Counted from the stretch's first letter, positions 9,058-19,416 are shown. The stretch: 64,000 bases of DNA from Pyrinomonadaceae bacterium (GCA_037969475.1 JBBKXN010000050.1:35409-99408); one strand, 5' to 3'. Numbers and translations: made by a program. The notes: a model not told the origin generated them from the sequence alone.

Positions 9058-11522
9058 TGACAACATTGATGGGTAACCCTCTCGAAAAAATAAAGAAACT
9101 CAAAGGAAGAAGCTGGTCTGAGATTCGCACGCGTGGAAAGCAAACTCTTTCTGCTTACTCAGAGCAAATCGGCTTGAAAGGCAAAATTCCGACGGACGAC
9201 GAGCTGCGCAAACTCCTCGTGCGCTCGGATTTTTTCAACGATATCGTTACAGCCGACGAACTTTACACCAAGTTTTTCGAAGTTGGAAATCGCAATTTCT
9301 TTCCCGCCTTTATCGATAAGGAAAATACGACCGCGTTATTCCTGGACACCTTTGGTTCACAAACGGTAGCGAAATTTGTCGAAGATGCAAAAAAATTGTG
9401 TGAAGACAAATTTGATCTGCTTGGATATAAGGATTTGGATTTTGGGGATCCTGTGGATTGGCATTACGAACCGGTTTCCGATATCCAGGCACCGATGCAG
9501 CATTGGAAACTCTTTGACGATCTCGAAACAGAAGGCACCGGTGATCGGAAAATCGTATGGGAAGCCAATCGTCACCAACATTTCTTTACACTCGGTATTG
9601 CGTATCTCCAAACCAAAGACGAGCGGTTTGCTGCCGCTTTCGTAAGGCATTTGGATGGATGGATGGAGCAGAATCCGCCGGGTATGGGTATAAATTGGGC
9701 GAGCAGCCTTGAAATTTCATTTCGCGCTATGTCATGGTTGTGGGCTTTTCATTTATTTAAAGATTCACAAAGTTTTACGCCTGGAGTGTTTCGCAAAGCG
9801 CTTAAATATTTGTTTGCTCACGGCACTCATATTGAGCAGTATTTATCGACTTATTACAGTCCGAACACGCACCTTACCGGGGAAGCTCTGGGACTTTATT
9901 ATCTCGGCACGCAACTGCCTTTTTTAGAACGGGCAAGTCATTGGCGAAAAATCGGTAGGAAGATTCTCTTAGAAGAACTTGATAAACAAATTTTGCCTGA
10001 TGGGGTGTATTTCGAACAAACAACTTGGTATCAAAGGTATACGGCAGATTTTTATTTACACTTTCTGATCTTGCACAAGTTAAACAATGAGAAGATCTCA
10101 CCTAAAAAATCGGCAAAACTGGACACGAAAGTGCAATCGTTGCTGGATTTCATGATGTTTGCTACTCGACCCGATGGGACAACACCGATAATCGGAGATG
10201 ATGACGGAGGAAGAGTTTTGCCGCAAACAGATTCGGCGTCGGATAATTTCCGAGGAACGCTTTCGGTTGGTGCGGTTTTATTCAAACGTGGAGATTATAA
10301 ATACGTTTCAAAAGATGTGTCTCAAGAACTATTTTGGCTTCTCGGGGAAGAAGGGATGAAAATATATGATTTTCTCGAATCGTATTATCCTGAAAATAAT
10401 TCTAAGGCTTTTAAAGACGGCGGCTATTTTGTGATGCGGGATGGCTGGTCAGAAACCGACAACTATTTACTTTTTGATGCCGGAGAAATTGGTTCTCACA
10501 ACGGCGGACATGGACACGCAGATACACTCGGATTCGAGCTAGCGGTCGCCGGGAAAACAATGCTAATAGATCCCGGAACGTATACCTATCACGAATCTAA
10601 AGAACTAAGAGATTCGTTTCGTTCGAGTAGCGCACATAATACTCTCAGTATAGACGATGAGTCCTCGTCTCAGTTTGGCGGCAAATTTTCTTGGCAGACA
10701 AAGGCAGTACCGCTGGTAAAATCGTGGTTGTCGTTTGATCGTTTTGATTTTGTTGAAGCCTCGCATGATGGTTACCAACGTCTTAAGAATTCACCGGCAG
10801 AACATACTCGGAGCATTTTGTTTCTACGAAATGAATACTGGATAATGCGTGACTTTGTAAATACCGCCGGTGGGCATAAATATAGACAAAATTTTCATTT
10901 CCCTCCCGAGGCAAGACTCACCACATCAAAAACCTTAGGCGGTAAAGAATTCCTTAGCGAAAATGACAGCGAAGGCAATGGATTTGGATTGTTTACATTT
11001 GGTGACAATGGATCATGGCAAGAAAAGGAGGGTTGGATTTCAAGGATTTATGGTAAGCGTGAAAAGGCTCCCTTCTATCAGTATCAGTCCGAAGGAAGCG
11101 GCCCGCAGGAATTTTTCACCTTTATGATTCCCCGAGAAACTGGAGATCCGGAACCAGAAGTAATTGAATCGCAATTAACGGGCGGACGTGCGTTTATCGT
11201 CAAGTATCGTGATTACCAGGATTTATTTGTCTTCGCCGATGGTGACGGACAACTTATCAGAACAGAGTTTTTCGATACCGATTTCCGATTTTTGTGGGCG
11301 CGCTTGAGCGCGGGCGATGAACTTCCGGAAGAATTTGTCCTAGTCGATGGAAACCACTTTAACCTTAATTCTCGTGTTGTGATCGAGCATTCTAATCCAA
11401 TTAGTTTTGCGATAGCGCGCCGCTTTGGAAGGAAACTTCATGTTAGAACCGAATCGGAAGTTTTTAGCGTTTCGATACCGCAGAAATCGTCAAATTCTTA
11501 TATCATAAAAGCAAAGGACTAA
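9057..11522 (+). CDS. Heparinase II/III-like (alginate-lyase superfamily) protein
   Basis: N-terminal (alpha/alpha) toroid-type motif WEANRHQHFFTLGIAY...INWASSLEISFRAMSWLWAF. C-terminal Hepar_II_III-type motif NGGHGHADTLGFELAVAGKTMLIDPGTYTY. Confidence 0.8.
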   Translation: MTTLMGNPLEKIKKLKGRSWSEIRTRGKQTLSAYSEQIGLKGKIPTDDELRKLLVRSDFFNDIVTADELYTKFFEVGNRNFFPAFIDKENTTALFLDTFGSQTVAKFVEDAKKLCEDKFDLLGYKDLDFGDPVDWHYEPVSDIQAPMQHWKLFDDLETEGTGDRKIVWEANRHQHFFTLGIAYLQTKDERFAAAFVRHLDGWMEQNPPGMGINWASSLEISFRAMSWLWAFHLFKDSQSFTPGVFRKALKYLFAHGTHIEQYLSTYYSPNTHLTGEALGLYYLGTQLPFLERASHWRKIGRKILLEELDKQILPDGVYFEQTTWYQRYTADFYLHFLILHKLNNEKISPKKSAKLDTKVQSLLDFMMFATRPDGTTPIIGDDDGGRVLPQTDSASDNFRGTLSVGAVLFKRGDYKYVSKDVSQELFWLLGEEGMKIYDFLESYYPENNSKAFKDGGYFVMRDGWSETDNYLLFDAGEIGSHNGGHGHADTLGFELAVAGKTMLIDPGTYTYHESKELRDSFRSSSAHNTLSIDDESSSQFGGKFSWQTKAVPLVKSWLSFDRFDFVEASHDGYQRLKNSPAEHTRSILFLRNEYWIMRDFVNTAGGHKYRQNFHFPPEARLTTSKTLGGKEFLSENDSEGNGFGLFTFGDNGSWQEKEGWISRIYGKREKAPFYQYQSEGSGPQEFFTFMIPRETGDPEPEVIESQLTGGRAFIVKYRDYQDLFVFADGDGQLIRTEFFDTDFRFLWARLSAGDELPEEFVLVDGNHFNLNSRVVIEHSNPISFAIARRFGRKLHVRTESEVFSVSIPQKSSNSYIIKAKD

Positions 11523-11590
11523 CCTCCGGCACCCCTCGTCGGGATCAGAAATAGTTGGATCATAAATACATTTCCCTAAGAACATCCTCG

Positions 11591-12727
11591 ATGAAAATGA
11601 ACGTTCTTCAGCTGATAGGCAGTTTTAATCAAGGCGGTTCTGAAAGGCAAGCCGTGCAACTGACCAAACTCTTGCATTCTGAAAATTCCGTCAACGTTTT
11701 TGTTGCGACCTTAAACAAGGAGGGCGTACTTCTCAAAGAAATTGAAGCACTCAATTTGGGTGAGGTTTACGAATATCGACTCAATAGTTTTTACGACGTT
11801 AATTTTCTGAAGCAGGTGAGGAAATTTAGTAAGTTTCTCCGCGATCAGAGGATTGACATCATTCACACGCACGATTTCTACACAAATATTTTTGGGATAT
11901 TGGCAGCAAAACTAGCAGGTGTCAAAATAAAGATTGCTTCGAAACGCCAAACCGTGGCCAAGCGGAATGAAATGCAAAACCGTGTCGAAAACCAAATCTT
12001 CAAAATAGCAGACGGTATTGTTGTAAATGCCGATGCCGTGAAACGATATGTGATCAGCCACGGCACTAGCGAAGAGAAGGTACGTGTTATACACAATGGG
12101 CTCGACGTTGAACGCCTAATTCCAAAAGAGACAGATTCCCGTAAGATTTGTGCCGTATTGGGAATACCCTATGATCAAAACATAAAATTCGTAGTCCATC
12201 TGGCAAATGTCAGGCACCGCGTCAAAAATCAGGAAATGTTGCTCAGGTCAGCCGTACGTATTAAAGACAAATGTCCCGAGGCACACTTTGTTTTTGCTGG
12301 AGAAGGAGAACGATTGGAAGAGCTGGAAACACTGTCTCAGGAGTTAGGTATCTCCGAGCGCACCCATTTCATAGGCACTTGTGTTAACGTGCCTGAGCTT
12401 CTTTCTATTTCTTATGTCTGTGTATTAACGTCATTCTCCGAAGGGTTTTCAAACTCGATACTCGAGTATATGAATGCCGGAAAACCGGTTGTCGCAACCG
12501 ATGTTGGCGGTGCGAATGAAGCTATCGTTGACGGTACATCCGGATTTTTAGTCGATTCGAATGACGATGAGGCGCTTGCCGCAAAACTCGAAGTCCTTTT
12601 CGCCAATCAGGAAATGGCGGCTGATTTTGGAAATGTTGGCAGAACGAGAATTGAGAAAATGTTTACACTAAGTGCACAACTAAACAAAACGCTTGATCTG
12701 TACCGGGAATTAGGGGAAAGACGCTAA
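11591..12727 (+). CDS. GT4-family (GT-B fold) glycosyltransferase
   Basis: MKMNVLQLIGSFNQGGSE N-terminus and the EX7E region EGFSNSILEYMNAGKPVVATDVGGANEAIVDGTSGFLV. The internal ATG 11591 is preferred over track start 11555. Confidence 0.85.
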   Translation: MKMNVLQLIGSFNQGGSERQAVQLTKLLHSENSVNVFVATLNKEGVLLKEIEALNLGEVYEYRLNSFYDVNFLKQVRKFSKFLRDQRIDIIHTHDFYTNIFGILAAKLAGVKIKIASKRQTVAKRNEMQNRVENQIFKIADGIVVNADAVKRYVISHGTSEEKVRVIHNGLDVERLIPKETDSRKICAVLGIPYDQNIKFVVHLANVRHRVKNQEMLLRSAVRIKDKCPEAHFVFAGEGERLEELETLSQELGISERTHFIGTCVNVPELLSISYVCVLTSFSEGFSNSILEYMNAGKPVVATDVGGANEAIVDGTSGFLVDSNDDEALAAKLEVLFANQEMAADFGNVGRTRIEKMFTLSAQLNKTLDLYRELGERR

Positions 12728-12732
12728 CGCTT

Positions 12733-14583
12733 ATGTGTGGAATCGCAGGAATAATTGGAAATGGAGAGCAAAGTGTCGCTGCTGAAAGGGTTCGGACGAT
12801 GCTTGGAGAACTAGAGCATCGTGGCCCCGACGATGAAGGGTTGATGGAGTGGAACGGAGCGGTTTTAGGGCATCGTAGGTTATCAGTGTTTGATCTAACG
12901 CAAGCGGGACATCAACCGATGATCTCGCCAGATGGTGAGACAGGTATTGTGTTTAACGGCGCGATATTTAATTTCCTACAACTCAGAAAAGAGCTTGAGA
13001 GATGCGGATACATATTTAGGAGTCGATCAGATACTGAAGTATTGCTTCACGGTTTCAGAGAATGGGGAATTGATAATCTGGCAAAGAGGATCGAGGGGAT
13101 GTTTGCCTTTGCGATTTGGGATAATCGCGATAAACGCGCATTCTTGGTACGGGACCGGCTTGGCGTAAAACCCCTGGTATATTGCAGCAAGAATCATCAA
13201 CTTGCGTTTACCTCTACAATTCGGGCTCTAAAACGAGCGTCGTTTGGGGGTCAGCTGGATCCTAATGGGCTGATCGAATATCTAGAGTTTGGATTCTTAA
13301 CGGATAAATCGTCAATATATCAAGACCAAAAAAAGTTGAGTCCGGCGACGATTCTTGAATGGGAAAATGGCGTCGTCACAACCAGAAAATACTGGGATTT
13401 ACCGGAGGGAATGAACGAGGAAATTGATTTTGACGAAGCCGTTGAAGAAACTGAGAGACTGTTCTTGGAAGCGGTCGAAAAACGCCTGCAGGCAGACGTT
13501 CCGATCGGCGCGCTGCTCAGCGGAGGAATCGATTCAAGTCTTGTTTGTTGGGCTATCTCAAAACTCGGCGGGGACGTTACAGCCTTTACGATTGGAGTTC
13601 CCGGGGACGATTGGGATGAAACTCAGATCGCAAAAGCTACCGCGCAAAGACTCGGAATTAGGCACGAGATTCTTGAAATGTCGGGGGATTTTAAGTTAGA
13701 CGTTCATGATCTGGTGAAAGCCTATGCCGAACCTTTTGCATGTGCATCAGCGCTGGGCTTGTTGGATATTTCAGAAGAAGTAAGTAAACAGGCTACAGTT
13801 TTACTGACAGGGGATGGAGGAGATGATGTGTTTCTTGGCTACCCCGAGCATTTGAACTTTTGGGTTGCAGAAAAACTCGCTCAGAAAACGCCGGGATCGA
13901 TCGCGAAATTATTGCAGAACACATCACATATGTTTCCAAACATCGGGCCTGCGAAGCGCGCGAGTTCTTTTTTGCGTTACACATTTGGCGGATTAGGGGG
14001 CGTCACCCGGATTCGAGATGGCCTTCCGGTTTATGAAAAATACGGTTTGTTGGGGGAACGGCTTAAGGACGCTCGCTTCGGCGATCGAGAAATTCCACTT
14101 TCTTCGGGGGAAAATCTCTTATCTGAATTCCTAAAGTATGATCGTCGCACGCGATTTGTAGGTGAATATCTTCCTAAGGTCGATGGAGGCACGATGTTTC
14201 ATGCGCTTGAGGCACGTTCTCCTTTCTTGGATACACGACTTTGGGATTTTGCGTCGTCGCTGCCGTATTCATTGAGGCTAAAGAATCGAAACCTCAAATC
14301 GGTCCTTCGGGAAATCGTCAGACGCCGGATTAGCCCGGAGCTCGCCGATGGCAGGAAACAGGGATTTGGTGTGCCGGTTCAGCGCTGGTTGACCGGAAAA
14401 TGGAGGAAACAGTTTGTAGACGCGATGAACGATTCGGTGATCGAAAAGACTGGGCTGATCAATGCAAAAAATGCAATTAAACTTCTTGAGCGAAGCGAAA
14501 AGGGCAATTGGGCGCCACGTCAATTGTGGTTTATTTTAGTTTTAGAGAGTTGGCTCCGGTTTGAAGATAATGACGCCGCCTGA
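12733..14583 (+). CDS. asnB: Asparagine synthetase B-family glutamine amidotransferase, paralog 2
   Basis: Starts MCGIAGI. Has the PP-loop LSGGIDSSLVC and the GDGGDDVFLGY motif. It is the most divergent of the three paralogs. Confidence 0.9.
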   Translation: MCGIAGIIGNGEQSVAAERVRTMLGELEHRGPDDEGLMEWNGAVLGHRRLSVFDLTQAGHQPMISPDGETGIVFNGAIFNFLQLRKELERCGYIFRSRSDTEVLLHGFREWGIDNLAKRIEGMFAFAIWDNRDKRAFLVRDRLGVKPLVYCSKNHQLAFTSTIRALKRASFGGQLDPNGLIEYLEFGFLTDKSSIYQDQKKLSPATILEWENGVVTTRKYWDLPEGMNEEIDFDEAVEETERLFLEAVEKRLQADVPIGALLSGGIDSSLVCWAISKLGGDVTAFTIGVPGDDWDETQIAKATAQRLGIRHEILEMSGDFKLDVHDLVKAYAEPFACASALGLLDISEEVSKQATVLLTGDGGDDVFLGYPEHLNFWVAEKLAQKTPGSIAKLLQNTSHMFPNIGPAKRASSFLRYTFGGLGGVTRIRDGLPVYEKYGLLGERLKDARFGDREIPLSSGENLLSEFLKYDRRTRFVGEYLPKVDGGTMFHALEARSPFLDTRLWDFASSLPYSLRLKNRNLKSVLREIVRRRISPELADGRKQGFGVPVQRWLTGKWRKQFVDAMNDSVIEKTGLINAKNAIKLLERSEKGNWAPRQLWFILVLESWLRFEDNDAA

Positions 14584-15658
14584 GAAAATAAAGGTTTTGA
14601 TAGTTGCGCCCCAACTTCCGCTTGTTGGAGGTCAAGCCGTTCAGGCTAACCGCCTGCTGGAAAAGTTCAAAGTCGAAGCCGATATTCAGGTCGATTTCCA
14701 AGCCGTTAATCCCAAGTTCTTTTCCACTCTTCAAAAGATTAAAGTGGTGCGCACTATCCTTACCACGTCGAAATATATTTTTGATCTTCTCAAGAATGTG
14801 CCTCGTTACGACATAATTCATATTTTTTCCGCGTCATACTTTTCTTTTATCCTGGCGCCTGCTCCGGCAATATTGATTGCGAAGCTTTTTCGAAAGCGAA
14901 CCATTCTCAATTATCGAAGCGGTGAAGCCGAAAATCACCTCAAAAACTGGCCAAAGACTGCGATTCCGATAATAAAGAAAGTTGATAAGATTATTGTACC
15001 GTCAGCGTATCTCGTTGATGTATTTGGCAAATTTGGATTCGAAGCTGAATCAATATTTAATTCGGTTGATCGCGAGCAATTCGTTTTTCGTAAAAGAGAA
15101 AAACTCAGACCCATGTTTTTATCAAACCGGAATTTTGAAGAGCTTTACAATGTCAGTTGTACACTCCGCGCGTTTCAAATAGTGCAATCGCGATTTCCTG
15201 AAGCGAAAATCTTAATCGTTGGAGACGGGAGCGAATCTGACAAGTTGCACGCTCTTGCAAAAGATTTGAACCTCGCAAACTACGAGTTTCTTGGCCGTGT
15301 TTCGCAGGAAGAGATGATTCAACTCTATGATCAATGCGATGTATATCTTAATTCACCGAGGATCGATAATATGCCAAATTCGATAATTGAGGCATTTGCT
15401 TCAGGAATACCCGTCGTATCGACTAACGCCGGCGGAATTCCCTTTATCGTGGAAGACGGAAAGACGGGAATACTCGTAGGGATTGATGATCATAAAGCCC
15501 TAGCCGCAGGAGCGATTAGCTTAATTGATGATCCGCAACTTGCTCAACAAATCGTCGAAAACGCCAACTTGGAATGCGAAAAGTATTCATGGGCAGCGGT
15601 GAAAAATGATTGGAAGGGCGTCTATCAAATGCTTTCAGATAGCGGTGGAAGCAGTTAA
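14561..15658 (+). CDS. GT4-family glycosyltransferase
   Basis: KVLIVAPQLPLVGGQAV N-terminus and the EX7E-like region DNMPNSIIEAFASGIPVVSTNAGGIPFIVEDGKTGILV. Overlaps the asnB-2 stop. An alternative ATG lies at 14570. Confidence 0.85.
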   Translation: MKIMTPPEKIKVLIVAPQLPLVGGQAVQANRLLEKFKVEADIQVDFQAVNPKFFSTLQKIKVVRTILTTSKYIFDLLKNVPRYDIIHIFSASYFSFILAPAPAILIAKLFRKRTILNYRSGEAENHLKNWPKTAIPIIKKVDKIIVPSAYLVDVFGKFGFEAESIFNSVDREQFVFRKREKLRPMFLSNRNFEELYNVSCTLRAFQIVQSRFPEAKILIVGDGSESDKLHALAKDLNLANYEFLGRVSQEEMIQLYDQCDVYLNSPRIDNMPNSIIEAFASGIPVVSTNAGGIPFIVEDGKTGILVGIDDHKALAAGAISLIDDPQLAQQIVENANLECEKYSWAAVKNDWKGVYQMLSDSGGSS

Positions 15659-15664
15659 AATTCC

Positions 15665-17182
15665 CTACAATACTTTTTCTTTGAGAACATAAATAATGAA
15701 CGACTCGTTTTGATAAGCAATCTTATATTCATTTTTGAGCAACCTCGGGAAATATCTGAAAAACTGAGGATGAAAAGTCTCTGATTCTTTCAGGGAATCT
15801 GCAACACCGGGATCGAAAACAATAAATTTCGGACGCTTATCCGAATGAAGTCCAAATTCCCCGTCTGCGATGTGTTTTAACTTTGGATCCAGAGAAAATC
15901 TCAGTTCGGCACTGCCCATTATCAAATCTTCAGGTTTGGCAGTTTCATTTAGGTATTCGACTGCCGGATAGTAACCATTCGCATATGTATTCTGTCGGGC
16001 ACGCAATAAAATTCCGCCAGTTTGAAGAACAAAGAACCCGGTGATCGCAATCAACAAAAGGATTCTCGGAATCGCGAGAGAATCCCACATTTTTTTTACC
16101 CAGATTGCGAGAAAAATCGAATAGAAAGGAACAAGATAGATCAGATAAACGGCGAGTTTTTGTCCATCGATCAATGCCATTACTACAAAATATATAAGCA
16201 TTACAATAAAAATCGCCCGAATTCGACGGTTTTCACGTAATGATCTCGTGGAGGCAATACCAATGACGCCGATAATATAGCCGAGCAAAATAAAACTCTT
16301 CAGATAAATTGGACCCGAATAACCCTTTGAGTTCCCAAGGAGTCCGAATGCACGAGGATATCTATAAGTAAATTCTTGTAAAATTCCGGTTAATGGCGAA
16401 GACAATCCCGTTAAACGACCGCTCATTTGTGCATTCTTAAAAAATTGGTCGCGAAAGGCGACCGGATCTTGAAAAACCCAAAGCCCAAACAAGGTACCAC
16501 CAATCATATATGGTATCGAGGCAACGAAAATTAATTTTAGGGTGATGGATTTACGGTCAAGGTAAATTATTAAGAATATCAATCCGACAAACGACAAAAT
16601 CCCTAGAAAATGGGTCAACCCGGATAAAACTATCAGAAATTGTGATACAAAAATCGCAAGCGGAAGTCGGCTTTCTCTGAGCCACAGATATGTCGCCAAA
16701 GCCGTAAAACCCAGTGCTGCACACATTGCATCGCCGCGCCCAACTGAACCAGCCGACACAACAACGTAATTGCACGCGAGGAAAGCGGTGCAGAATGCGG
16801 CCGTCGAATTGCTATGGGTAATTTTTAGTACAATCGCGTACCAAGCCAAGATCAAGATCACTATCCAACAGATCGATACGAGCCGCATCGCAATCAGGCT
16901 AAAACCCAATACCTTGAAAAAAGCGGCGGCGTTTAGCAAAAAAAGCGGCATGACCCAATATGTGCGTTCATTGATACGCGTAAGGGTCGATTTTTCCATT
17001 TCATAAACGTCCGTCCCAAAATTTCCCTTTCTGACAAGATTTATTGCCGGGTTTGCAAATCCGCCTTCGTCACTTTCCGGGCGTGCTGTAAGCGCGGTTA
17101 TTATCGCTAAATTGATGAATATCACGATCGCAAAGGAAGTCGTGATCACAGTCAAAGGATTTCTGAAGATGGTGGATCTCAT
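15665..17182 (-). CDS. GT-C fold membrane glycosyltransferase (ArnT/PMT, GT39/GT83-like)
   Basis: 505 aa with many TM helices. An acidic DE motif sits in the first extracytoplasmic loop (ARPESDEGGFANP), followed by a soluble C-terminal domain. It is the only minus-strand gene inside the locus. Confidence 0.6.
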   Translation of the reverse strand: MRSTIFRNPLTVITTSFAIVIFINLAIITALTARPESDEGGFANPAINLVRKGNFGTDVYEMEKSTLTRINERTYWVMPLFLLNAAAFFKVLGFSLIAMRLVSICWIVILILAWYAIVLKITHSNSTAAFCTAFLACNYVVVSAGSVGRGDAMCAALGFTALATYLWLRESRLPLAIFVSQFLIVLSGLTHFLGILSFVGLIFLIIYLDRKSITLKLIFVASIPYMIGGTLFGLWVFQDPVAFRDQFFKNAQMSGRLTGLSSPLTGILQEFTYRYPRAFGLLGNSKGYSGPIYLKSFILLGYIIGVIGIASTRSLRENRRIRAIFIVMLIYFVVMALIDGQKLAVYLIYLVPFYSIFLAIWVKKMWDSLAIPRILLLIAITGFFVLQTGGILLRARQNTYANGYYPAVEYLNETAKPEDLIMGSAELRFSLDPKLKHIADGEFGLHSDKRPKFIVFDPGVADSLKESETFHPQFFRYFPRLLKNEYKIAYQNESFIIYVLKEKVL

Positions 17183-17491
17183 ATCATTAAAACATTTTAA
17201 CCGGCTAGGTTCGCAATTATCGCTAAGGTCGGCTGTTAAACATCGTATTTCTTACCATTTAACGAACTATTATTGTAAAATGGGAAACAGGGCCAAAAAT
17301 GAATGGCTACGTCGCCTACTTAAGTTCCGGGCTTTAAGCAAACATGGACGGGTTTAATAAACAGATATTTCTTCAATCAGTACCTCAACAAACAACAAAA
17401 TTCCGAGAATATCTCAAACGCTTTCATAACAAATATATATACCAATAATTTGGAACATATTGCAGTAATACTCGACAAAATTTAGACCGAA

Positions 17492-19399
17492 ATGTGTGGA
17501 ATTAACGGAATTGCATATTCTCCGAGATCGAGCCGTCAGGTCGACCAATCCTTGTTGGCTGCCATGCGAGATGTATTGGTCCATCGGGGTCCGGATGATA
17601 AGGGTGCTTTTGTAAGTGAAAATATTGGACTGGGACATCGAAGGCTCAGTATCGTGGATGTCGCGCACGGGCATCAGCCAATGCAAAGCTCCGATAAAAC
17701 GAAAACGCTCGTTTACAACGGTGAAGTGTATAACCACGCCGAATATCGGGCTGAGATGGAGTCGAAGGGTCATAAATATCGTACCACCTCCGACACCGAA
17801 ACTATTCTATATCTCTATGAAGAATATGGATTTGAAAGTATCGATAAACTACGCGGGATGTTTGCATTTGCAATTTGGGATGAAACAAAAAAACATCTCA
17901 TTATAGCCCGCGACCGAGTAGGGATCAAGCCTTTATATTATGTACATGACGAAGAAGGGAATTTGTTTTTCGCTTCCGAGATCAAGGCATTAATTGAAGC
18001 CAATGCAGTAAAACCCGAACTCAACTATAGTGTGCTTCCCGATCAGCTTGCAAATCACGGAACCTCATATGATGAAACACTTTACAAAGGTGTGAAGCGT
18101 TTAATGCCGGGCCACTTTCTCGTATGGAAGGATGGGGAGATCTCGATTCAAAAGTATTGGAATTTGGAGTATCAGCCAAAGCACATTGAAATTTCAGACG
18201 GCGAATTTATTGAGCAATGGCTTGCGGTATTCAAAAAAAGCGTAAATTTGCGCTTGATGGCAGATGTTCCGCTCGGGATGTTTTTGTCGGGTGGAATTGA
18301 TTCAAGCGCAATCGCAGCCGTAATGTCGCAAATGGTAACGGAACCGATCAAGACTTTTTCCGTTGGCTTCAAGGAACGTGAGGCAAATGAATTTCGATAT
18401 GCAAGAATGGTTGCCGAAAAATTTGGAACCGAGCATCATGAGATAACGATTACCCCCGAACAGTTCTTTGCAAAGCTTCCAAAGCTGATTTGGCATGAGG
18501 ATGAACCACTCGGATTTGTCGCTTCGGTGCCACTTTTTTTTCTGTCAGAACTTGCTCAAAAGCACGTTAAGGTTGTTTTGACAGGCGAAGGGAGCGATGA
18601 AATGATGGCGGGATACGGTCGCTATTACAAGGCTTTGAAACTGCTCGAATATGGAAGGAAATATGAGAGTTTAACACCCTCATTTCTGCGAAAAGCAGTA
18701 AGATCCGGAGTTTTAAAATTGCCGAATAGGGTCAATCGGAAATTGAATCGAACTTTTTTGACCATGGATTCCGACGTAGAAAATTTGTATTTTGATAACT
18801 TTGCAATATTTAACAAAGCCAGCCAAGAAAAGCTTTTATCCCCGGAAACGAAGGCCCGGATAGCCGATTTGAACCCCTACAAATATCTCAATTATTGGTT
18901 TGAAAAAGACAATGCCGCCGAACTTCTCGACAAGCTTTTATATGTTGACACAAAGACATACCTGCACGAGCTTCTAATGAAACAAGATCAAATGTCCATG
19001 GCCGCTTCGATAGAATCCCGCGTTCCGTTTCTCGATCACGAGCTGGTCGAATTTACTGCACGAATGCCATTGAGGATGAAGCTCCGGGGGAAAGATACAA
19101 AATGGATTTTGCGCGAATCGATGAAAGGAATCTTGCCGCCTGAGATTTTATCGCGCGAGAAAATGGGATTTCCGGTGCCCATCGGGTCTTGGTTTAGAGG
19201 CGCATTTCGTCATCTGATAGAGGAGTTTGTTTTGAGCGAGCGCGCGCTTTCGCGCGGTTTATTTAATGCGGATTTTGTTCGTGAAATTGCGAACCGTCAC
19301 TTTTCCGGCGAAAACCAAGACCTGAGACTGTTATTCTTAATGAACTTCGAGATATGGCAACGCTCGATCATCGAAGGCGAAATCGTTGAGATTACTTAA
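17492..19399 (+). CDS. asnB: Asparagine synthetase B-family glutamine amidotransferase, paralog 3
   Basis: Starts MCGINGI. Has the PP-loop LSGGIDSSAIA and the GEGSDEMMAGY motif. Closest to paralog 1 (shared KLRGMFAFAIWD and KTFS[IV]GF). Confidence 0.9.
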   Translation: MCGINGIAYSPRSSRQVDQSLLAAMRDVLVHRGPDDKGAFVSENIGLGHRRLSIVDVAHGHQPMQSSDKTKTLVYNGEVYNHAEYRAEMESKGHKYRTTSDTETILYLYEEYGFESIDKLRGMFAFAIWDETKKHLIIARDRVGIKPLYYVHDEEGNLFFASEIKALIEANAVKPELNYSVLPDQLANHGTSYDETLYKGVKRLMPGHFLVWKDGEISIQKYWNLEYQPKHIEISDGEFIEQWLAVFKKSVNLRLMADVPLGMFLSGGIDSSAIAAVMSQMVTEPIKTFSVGFKEREANEFRYARMVAEKFGTEHHEITITPEQFFAKLPKLIWHEDEPLGFVASVPLFFLSELAQKHVKVVLTGEGSDEMMAGYGRYYKALKLLEYGRKYESLTPSFLRKAVRSGVLKLPNRVNRKLNRTFLTMDSDVENLYFDNFAIFNKASQEKLLSPETKARIADLNPYKYLNYWFEKDNAAELLDKLLYVDTKTYLHELLMKQDQMSMAASIESRVPFLDHELVEFTARMPLRMKLRGKDTKWILRESMKGILPPEILSREKMGFPVPIGSWFRGAFRHLIEEFVLSERALSRGLFNADFVREIANRHFSGENQDLRLLFLMNFEIWQRSIIEGEIVEIT

Positions 19400-19416
19400 A
19401 TGCCAAGAAGTTTTCT

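Noticed and set aside
17451-17465. Sigma-54-like TGGAAC...TTGCA upstream of asnB paralog 3
   Set aside because: The GG-to-GC spacing is 8 nt rather than the required 10, and the -24 element is also degenerate.
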